Assembly: GCA_016206235.1 (NCBI GenBank)
Contig: JACQRZ010000019.1
Span: 1-39,113, forward strand
Direction: 5' to 3'
Source: Candidatus Uhrbacteria bacterium
GTDB lineage: Bacteria > Patescibacteriota > Patescibacteriia > JACQRZ01
Length of the DNA: 39,113 bases
Part shown: positions 33,177-39,113 of the stretch, piece by piece
Numbering within the stretch: the first letter of the stretch is position 1
Layout: every line of letters begins with the position of its first letter
The notes under the pieces: model-generated
Database searches by the model: none
What the model saw: the letters and a program-made list of their open reading frames with translations, nothing else
What the model was told of the DNA's origin: nothing
Position numbers and translations under genes: made by a program

Positions 33177-35957
33177 ATGTCTTTTCTATCGAAATTATTT
33201 GGAGATCCAAACAAACGTATTGTTCAATCACTCACGCCATTGGTTGAAAAAATCAACGCACTTGAAGATACTTTTGCAACAATGACCGAAGACGAGCTAA
33301 AAGATCAAACGGCTCGTTTCAAAAAGGAATTAGCCGACGGGAAAACACTCGACGATCTTTTGCCAGAAACTTTTGCTGTCGTTCGTGAGACAGCAAAGCG
33401 TCACCTCAAACAGCGCCATTATGATGTTCAGCTTATTGGTGGTGCGGTATTACATAGAGGACAGATTACAGAAATGCGTACTGGTGAGGGAAAAACACTT
33501 ACAGCTACAGCGCCAGTGTATTTAAATGCGCTCACAGGCAGGGGTGTTCACGTGATTACGGTGAATGATTACTTGGCCAAGCGTGACTCTGTTTGGATGG
33601 GAAAGATCTATCATGCGCTTGGGCTTACGGTTGGCTGTATTCAGCATGAAGCAGCTTTTTTGTATGACCCTTCCTATACTGAGACAATTCATGAGACTGC
33701 GGAAGACGGATCTGTTGCTGGGTATAAAATCGAACATACATCCCTCAAGCCGTGCACAAGAAAAGAAGCCTATGCGGCAGATATCACGTATGGCACAAAC
33801 AATGAATTTGGATTCGATTATCTTCGCGACAACTTGGTAGCCGATATCAACCAGATGTCGCAGCGCGATCTTGTGTATGCCATCGTCGATGAAGTCGACA
33901 GTATTCTTATTGATGAAGCGCGAACGCCGCTGATTATTTCCGCACCCGCTGAAGAGTCTGCTGATTTGTACTATCGCTTTGCTGATCTTGTTGCCCGTTT
34001 GAATGTGAAAGAAGATTACAACATCGATGAAAAGATGCGGGCAGCAACACTTACGGAAGCAGGGTTAAAGAAGATGGAGGAGTGGCTCGGCATGGGTAAT
34101 GTATACACCGCTCAGAGTATTACTATTGTGCATCATATTGAGCAGGCATTGCGTGCCCAAGCCTTATTTAAGAAAGACAAAGATTATGTCGTGAAAGACG
34201 GTGAAGTGATTATTGTTGATGAGTTTACGGGGCGATTGATGCATGGCAGGCGTTATTCGGAAGGCCTTCACCAGGCAATCGAAGCAAAAGAACGAGTAAA
34301 GATTCAGAGGGAAAGCAGAACGTATGCAACGGTAACATTCCAAAATCTCTTTCGCATGTACGAAAAGCTTGCAGGTATGACAGGCACTGCAGCAACAGAA
34401 GCTGAGGAGTTTTCCAAAATTTATAAACTTGAAGTTGTTGTTATTCCCACCCATAGAGACAACATTCGAAAAGATCTCCAAGACAGGATCTATAAAACTG
34501 AGCGAGGGAAGTATGCGGCTGTCGTTGAAGAGATCAAAGAGCGGCATGAAAAAGGGCAGCCCGTACTTGTTGGCACTATTTCCATTGAAAAAAACGAGTA
34601 CTTGAGCAAACTCCTTGAACGAGAAGGAATTAAGCACGTATTGCTAAACGCAAAGAATCATGAAAAAGAAGGTGAGATTATTGCCCAAGCTGGACGGCGT
34701 GGGGCTGTTACGATTGCAACAAACATGGCAGGACGCGGAGTTGATATTTTGCTTGGAGGAAATCCGCCTGACCAAGATGAAGCCGATCGAGTGCGTGAAT
34801 TTGGAGGTTTGCATGTCATTGGTACCGAGCGTCATGAATCACGACGAATTGATAATCAGCTACGCGGACGCAGTGGACGTCAGGGCGATCCAGGCTCGAC
34901 CCAGTTTTACGTTTCCATGGAAGACGATCTCATGCGTATTTTTGGCTCGGATCGCATTAAGGGGCTTATGGACAAACTTGGCATGCCCGAAGACGTCCCC
35001 ATTGAAAACACCATGGTTTCAAAATCACTTGAAGAAGCACAGAAAAAAGTTGAAGGACATAACTTTGATACGCGCAAGCACTTGGTTGAATATGATGATG
35101 TACTCAATAAGCATCGAGACATTATTTATCACCGGAGGAAGGCTGCTTTGAGGCAGTTCGACGACGAGATGAGAAAAGCGACTGCTTTGGAAAAAGATGA
35201 AGTGTTGTCCGAAGAGCCTCAAGAAAAAACAACACTCCGAGATACGATTTTAAAAATGGTTGAACAGGAGATCGAGCAAGTCGTGATATTTCATACAGCT
35301 AGTGAAGATCCAAAAGAATGGAATCTCACCGAGATCTATGAAGTGGTCAATACCATTTTCCCATTGCCGCTAGAAAAACGAATTTCCTTTGAAGGAAAGG
35401 AGACTGAGGGTGATAAGCTTGCGCACGCAACTTCACGCGACGCTGTAATTGAATATCTCAATGGACTGGCAGTGCAAGAGTATGCTGCATTTGAAGAGCG
35501 CGTTGCCAACCAAATTAAGCAGGTGTACCCCGACGTGAACATATCGCTTGCCTTGCGCCAAATTGAAAAAGATATTCTCATCCGCGCCATTGATGGTCTG
35601 TGGGTGGAGCATCTCGAGGCTATCGACCATCTGCGCCATGGCATTGGCTTGCGCGGTTATGGCCAGCATGATCCGCTCGTTGAATATAAAAAGGAAGCAT
35701 ATCGATTGTTCACCGAACTTATTGCTATGATTCAAAAGCAAGTCGTGTATAGCATCTACAAGATCGGCATGGTTTCTGACTCAACAACACCTTCATCAGT
35801 GCTGCCAAAAAATGCATCATACAGCGCGCCGCCAAAAGAAGGTGATGGCGCAGATCAAAAAGTGGGCTTGCCCGCCGAGCTTTCCGCGAAGGTGGGGCGC
35901 AATGATCCATGCCCTTGCGGAAGCGGCAAGAAGTATAAACGCTGCCACGGCGCCTAA
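33177..35957 (+). CDS. secA: Preprotein translocase ATPase SecA
   Basis: 926 aa with Walker A MRTGEGKT, a DEAD-like DEVDS motif and the C-terminal zinc motif [14 protein letters not shown]. Confidence 0.95.
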   Translation: MSFLSKLFGDPNKRIVQSLTPLVEKINALEDTFATMTEDELKDQTARFKKELADGKTLDDLLPETFAVVRETAKRHLKQRHYDVQLIGGAVLHRGQITEMRTGEGKTLTATAPVYLNALTGRGVHVITVNDYLAKRDSVWMGKIYHALGLTVGCIQHEAAFLYDPSYTETIHETAEDGSVAGYKIEHTSLKPCTRKEAYAADITYGTNNEFGFDYLRDNLVADINQMSQRDLVYAIVDEVDSILIDEARTPLIISAPAEESADLYYRFADLVARLNVKEDYNIDEKMRAATLTEAGLKKMEEWLGMGNVYTAQSITIVHHIEQALRAQALFKKDKDYVVKDGEVIIVDEFTGRLMHGRRYSEGLHQAIEAKERVKIQRESRTYATVTFQNLFRMYEKLAGMTGTAATEAEEFSKIYKLEVVVIPTHRDNIRKDLQDRIYKTERGKYAAVVEEIKERHEKGQPVLVGTISIEKNEYLSKLLEREGIKHVLLNAKNHEKEGEIIAQAGRRGAVTIATNMAGRGVDILLGGNPPDQDEADRVREFGGLHVIGTERHESRRIDNQLRGRSGRQGDPGSTQFYVSMEDDLMRIFGSDRIKGLMDKLGMPEDVPIENTMVSKSLEEAQKKVEGHNFDTRKHLVEYDDVLNKHRDIIYHRRKAALRQFDDEMRKATALEKDEVLSEEPQEKTTLRDTILKMVEQEIEQVVIFHTASEDPKEWNLTEIYEVVNTIFPLPLEKRISFEGKETEGDKLAHATSRDAVIEYLNGLAVQEYAAFEERVANQIKQVYPDVNISLALRQIEKDILIRAIDGLWVEHLEAIDHLRHGIGLRGYGQHDPLVEYKKEAYRLFTELIAMIQKQVVYSIYKIGMVSDSTTPSSVLPKNASYSAPPKEGDGADQKVGLPAELSAKVGRNDPCPCGSGKKYKRCHGA

Positions 35958-36003
35958 GAACATAAGGAAAATCATTGAAGTGAGGTTGTTTTTCTATGGC
36001 AGA

Positions 36004-36249
36004 ATGCTATACTTACATCAGAAATCGAAGCTTTACATGATAAAAAAATCACAAAAAGGCATCTGGGAAACAGACGTAAAGACGATCAATCTTTCGAACC
36101 CGAAAGTGTTGAAGTGGTATGTTGAGCGTAAGATCGAGGTTGGCGATTGGAAGGCTCTTGATCGACCCACTCTTGCTCGCATGCTTGGAAAACTTTCTAT
36201 TAATGCGCGCGTTAAGGCGTTGCTTAGAGATTTTTTACATTCGTTATGA
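36004..36249 (+). CDS. Small hypothetical protein translationally coupled to the MNT gene
   Basis: This is the part of the ORF that lies downstream of the secA stop. The alternative start is ATG 36037. Its stop overlaps the MNT start (ATGA). No family recognised. Confidence 0.4.
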   Translation: MLYLHQKSKLYMIKKSQKGIWETDVKTINLSNPKVLKWYVERKIEVGDWKALDRPTLARMLGKLSINARVKALLRDFLHSL

Positions 36250-36602
36250 CTTCAAAGAAAAAAAATATACGCCGTATTTCTTCATCGATTACTGCGCTTT
36301 CAAAAAGGGTTGTTTCTTACTATAAACCGGAAAAGGTGATTCTTTTTGGCTCGCACGTATGGGGAAAACCAACAATGGAAAGCGACGTTGATGTGCTTAT
36401 CATAAAAAGAACACTAAAATCTAAAATCGAACGTCAGCGTGAACTTCGAGCACGACTTTATCCGATGAGTATGCCTGTCGATTTTATCGTATATACGCCT
36501 TCTGAATTGAAAAAAAAAGTGCGAAATGACTGCAATCTTTTTATTAAAGATGTACTTAAAAACGGCATTGTATTATATGAAAAAAACAAAATACGTCGCT
36601 GA
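36246..36602 (+). CDS. Minimal nucleotidyltransferase (MNT, Pol-beta superfamily) antitoxin-type protein
   Basis: 118 aa with the signature LFGSHVWGKPTMESDVDVLI (GSx10-SDxD). Confidence 0.85.
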   Translation: MTSKKKNIRRISSSITALSKRVVSYYKPEKVILFGSHVWGKPTMESDVDVLIIKRTLKSKIERQRELRARLYPMSMPVDFIVYTPSELKKKVRNDCNLFIKDVLKNGIVLYEKNKIRR

Positions 36603-36957
36603 GTGGTTTAAGCACGGAGATGCCGACTTAAAAGCAGCAGAAATTCTTCTTCGTGAAGGCGGCCCCGCCCATGTTATTTGCTTTCATGCTCAGCAGATTG
36701 GAGAAAAATATCTCAAAGGTTACGTTGCCGCTCAGTCTAAATCTATTCGAAAAATTCATCAACTTGATGAGCTCCTCAACGAATGTGAGCAGCTCGACCA
36801 CTCGTTTGAATCATTGCGACATAGCGTATTCTATCTGGCCGAGTTTTATATCGAGACTCGTTACCCTGGCGATATTCCTGAAGTTGGAATAAAAACAGCG
36901 TCGAAAGCAGTTGATGCTGCAAAAGAGCTTCGCGACTTCGTTCTTAAGAAATTTTGA
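36577..36957 (+). CDS. HEPN domain protein (toxin-type partner of the MNT)
   Basis: Helical protein with the ETRYPGD motif typical of MNT-associated HEPN proteins. ATG 36577 overlaps the MNT 3' end by 26 nt. Confidence 0.8.
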   Translation: MKKTKYVAEWFKHGDADLKAAEILLREGGPAHVICFHAQQIGEKYLKGYVAAQSKSIRKIHQLDELLNECEQLDHSFESLRHSVFYLAEFYIETRYPGDIPEVGIKTASKAVDAAKELRDFVLKKF

Positions 36958-37115
36958 GATTTTCAAAAAGAGCGCTTCAAAAAATGTCATGGGTATAGCA
37001 TATCAATATTGAGCAGGGCGGAGGCGAGCGTAGTCTCCAAGAACTTATCACCAGCGAACCTTTAACTCTTGAGCAACTGACATCTGAGAAGCTCGAGGAC
37101 GTTTTCAATTTCTAT

Positions 37116-37352
37116 GTGAACGGCGTGCGGAACGGCACGCATGGAGATGATCTTTTGCGATCAATGGCGAATGAGAGAAATTTCGAGTCGATATGCGCGA
37201 CAGCGCTCATGCGTATTTTAACGATTCGCATTGATCAGAACCCCCAGAACACTGCTTCGCGTAAAGAGATGCGTAACCGATTGATCCCGCTTCTGAAAAC
37301 AATTGTCCGCAACCGAGCGCATGCGCGCCGCACTGACGATCCATTAAAATAG
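37116..37352 (+). CDS. Hypothetical ORF, possibly the 3' remnant of a longer gene
   Basis: The frame is open from 36999 but has no ATG, GTG or TTG before GTG 37116. No motif recognised. Confidence 0.25.
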   Translation: MNGVRNGTHGDDLLRSMANERNFESICATALMRILTIRIDQNPQNTASRKEMRNRLIPLLKTIVRNRAHARRTDDPLK

Positions 37353-37377
37353 AACTTCAAGCGGTATAATGGAAAGT

Positions 37378-37548
37378 ATGACTAAAGAACAATTACGACC
37401 TAAAGGTGCAATTGGTATTTACATTGTTCATAACAGTTCTATTTTTCTTTTGTTGAGAAACTCCAATCATGCAGGAGGCGCAACATTATACATGGCTCGC
37501 GCCTTCAGATATAAAGATAAAGAGATTGAGGTTGCTTCCTGGATTTGA
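37378..37548 (+). pseudogene. Possible N-terminal fragment of a Nudix-like gene (56 codons)
   Basis: MTKEQLRPKGAIGIYIVHNSSIFLLLRNSNHAGGA... resembles a Nudix N-terminal beta-strand region but stops before any Nudix box. It falls below the ORF-track length cutoff. Confidence 0.25.
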
Positions 37549-37606
37549 TAAGGTTTTAAAGCGCGTGCTACCGCTGACGCAATAAACATATAAACTGCCA
37601 AAGACT

Positions 37607-38065
37607 ATGGACAATTGCATTTTTTGCAAAATAACGGCTGGCGAAATACCTGCCGCAAAAATTTGGGAAGACAATGATTTTCTTGCCGTACTTGATGTAA
37701 ACCCTAATACTAAAGGAATGGCGCTGGTGCTTCCAAAAACTCATTATGACTCTTACGCCTTTGATATGCCCGACGATGTCTATTCACGTTTTTTAAATGC
37801 AGCAAAAACGGTTGGAAAAATTCTGGAAAAAGGATTAGCGGTGCAACGAGTTGCAATGGTTATTGAGGGTATGGGTGTGAACCACGCGCATATCAAGCTC
37901 TATCCGCTCCATGGACTAACAGAAAAATTCCAGGAAATGTGGGCGCATGAAAGAGTGTATTTTGAAACCTACCAAGGATACCTTTCAACGCAGCTTGGCC
38001 CCCAAGCAGATATCGAAGAGCTCAATAAACTCGCAGATGAAATTAAACGAAATGCGGAAATATGA
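37607..38065 (+). CDS. HIT (histidine triad) family protein with a variant triad
   Basis: It has CIFCKITAGEIPAAKIWED and VLDVNP...LVLPKTH. The triad region reads NHAHIKLYP, with Lys at the third His position. Confidence 0.75.
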   Translation: MDNCIFCKITAGEIPAAKIWEDNDFLAVLDVNPNTKGMALVLPKTHYDSYAFDMPDDVYSRFLNAAKTVGKILEKGLAVQRVAMVIEGMGVNHAHIKLYPLHGLTEKFQEMWAHERVYFETYQGYLSTQLGPQADIEELNKLADEIKRNAEI

Positions 38066-38553
38066 TGCAACCACAACAAAACACGGAAAGCTATCAGCAA
38101 ATGGATTTGCGCCGAGGCATTGATTACATCGGCGTAACGTGCGCGTTTTGGTGTCACGACGGCAATGGCAGAATACTCATGCATAAGCGTGGTGAACAGT
38201 GCCGCGATGAGCAGGGAAGGTGGGATTGCGGAGGTGGCTCTATGGAGTTCGGCGAGACATTTGAAGAATGTATTCAAAGAGAACTCATGGAAGAGTATGG
38301 CACTGAGCCGCTGGAAATGAAACGCTTTTTAGTCGACAATGTGTTGCGCGAGCATAACGGAAAACAGACGCATTGGATCAAAATAGTGTATTGGGTGTTG
38401 GTTGATCCTTCAAAAGTCACAAATGCAGAGCCAGACAAACATGAATGTCTTGGCTGGTTTACGTTCGACACCTTGCCTTCACCTCTTCATTCACAAGTGG
38501 AAGTTGAAGTTGAAACACTGAAAAATTTTCTCCTTGGAAATGCTGCACTATGA
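38062..38553 (+). CDS. Nudix hydrolase
   Basis: Complete Nudix box [24 protein letters not shown]. The start overlaps the HIT stop. Confidence 0.85.
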   Translation: MMQPQQNTESYQQMDLRRGIDYIGVTCAFWCHDGNGRILMHKRGEQCRDEQGRWDCGGGSMEFGETFEECIQRELMEEYGTEPLEMKRFLVDNVLREHNGKQTHWIKIVYWVLVDPSKVTNAEPDKHECLGWFTFDTLPSPLHSQVEVEVETLKNFLLGNAAL

Positions 38554-39107
38554 TCTACTGTATTACAGGAAACAAAGATAAGTTTAGCGAAGTAAAGGCG
38601 ATAGTGCACCATGTTGAGCAGCGCGATATCGACTTGCCGGAGATCCAAGAGCTTGACGCGCGAGAAGTTGTCAAAGCAAAACTCCAAGAAGCCCTGAAAG
38701 TTGTCCAAGGGGACATTGTTGTCGAAGACACATCGTTGTACCTCCATTGCCTCAAGGGATTGCCCGGCCCATTTATCAAGTTGTTTTTAAAGACCATTGG
38801 CAACGAAGGTTTAGTAGAGTTGGCAGTAAAGTACGGAGACGCACGCGCAACAGCAAGGACAGTTGTGGGCTACGTTACAAGCGCGGGAGAAATACATTTT
38901 TTTGAAGGAGCGCTCGAAGGAACTATTGTGGCTCCGAGGGGAGAGAACGATTTTGGTTGGGGCCCTATTTTCCAGCCGGAAGGATATTCCAAAACGTTTG
39001 GCGAAATGTCTCGAGAAGAAAAAAACGCAGTCAGCATGCGCGGCAGCGCACTTCGTAAGCTCAAGGAATATCTCAATGCCAAGAAAAGTGATATACTTAC
39101 AGAATGA
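38550..39107 (+). CDS. rdgB: Non-canonical purine NTP pyrophosphatase (RdgB/HAM1/ITPase)
   Basis: It has [21 protein letters not shown] and FGWGPIFQP...KNAVSMRG. The start overlaps the Nudix stop. Confidence 0.85.
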   Translation: MIYCITGNKDKFSEVKAIVHHVEQRDIDLPEIQELDAREVVKAKLQEALKVVQGDIVVEDTSLYLHCLKGLPGPFIKLFLKTIGNEGLVELAVKYGDARATARTVVGYVTSAGEIHFFEGALEGTIVAPRGENDFGWGPIFQPEGYSKTFGEMSREEKNAVSMRGSALRKLKEYLNAKKSDILTE

Positions 39108-39113
39108 GTAATC

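Noticed and set aside
1-39113. Alternative genetic code (UGA recoding, as in some candidate phyla)
   Set aside because: Conserved genes (pilT-like, PurN-like, parB, HIT, Nudix) terminate at TGA at the expected protein ends, and all conserved ORFs are intact under the standard code.

Overview
This 39.1-kb bacterial window is densely packed with housekeeping genes. It uses the standard genetic code: conserved genes end in TGA and have no internal TGA. Left to right it carries: a type IV pilus block (pilO-like, small membrane ORF, pilB, degenerate pilT-like); pyrC and pyrD-like; glyQS; an M16 peptidase; gpmI; a tRNA-bounded islet (tRNA-Leu, hydrolase remnant, PurN-like formyltransferase, truncated ECF sigma, initiator tRNA-fMet); a Glu/Leu-type dehydrogenase; tRNA(CAT); zwf; parA-parB; murA; an S41 protease; rpmA; a cell-wall cluster (mraY-murD-ftsW-murG-GT2-murC-murB); an agmatine-route putrescine operon (decarboxylase, aguB, aguA); secA; an MNT/HEPN toxin-antitoxin cassette with a coupled small ORF; decayed ORFs; and an overlapping HIT-Nudix-RdgB set. 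All protein calls come from motif recognition on the supplied translations; no database search was run. Gene content and compactness suggest a small-genome uncultivated bacterium (CPR/Patescibacteria-like), but that is inference only.

Main observations:
- Most intergenic spacers are degenerate tandem heptamer arrays that share cores between distant loci.
- Long inverted repeats bracket two spacers exactly, and one of them masks the murA start codon next to an 18-codon uORF.
- A roughly 270-nt rod-like structured element of unknown class sits beside tRNA-Leu.
- The 3' end of tRNA-fMet is duplicated 190 bp downstream, like an att scar.
- The PilT-like paralogue has every catalytic motif substituted.
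- Canonical Shine-Dalgarno sequences appear almost only inside the tRNA-bounded islet.
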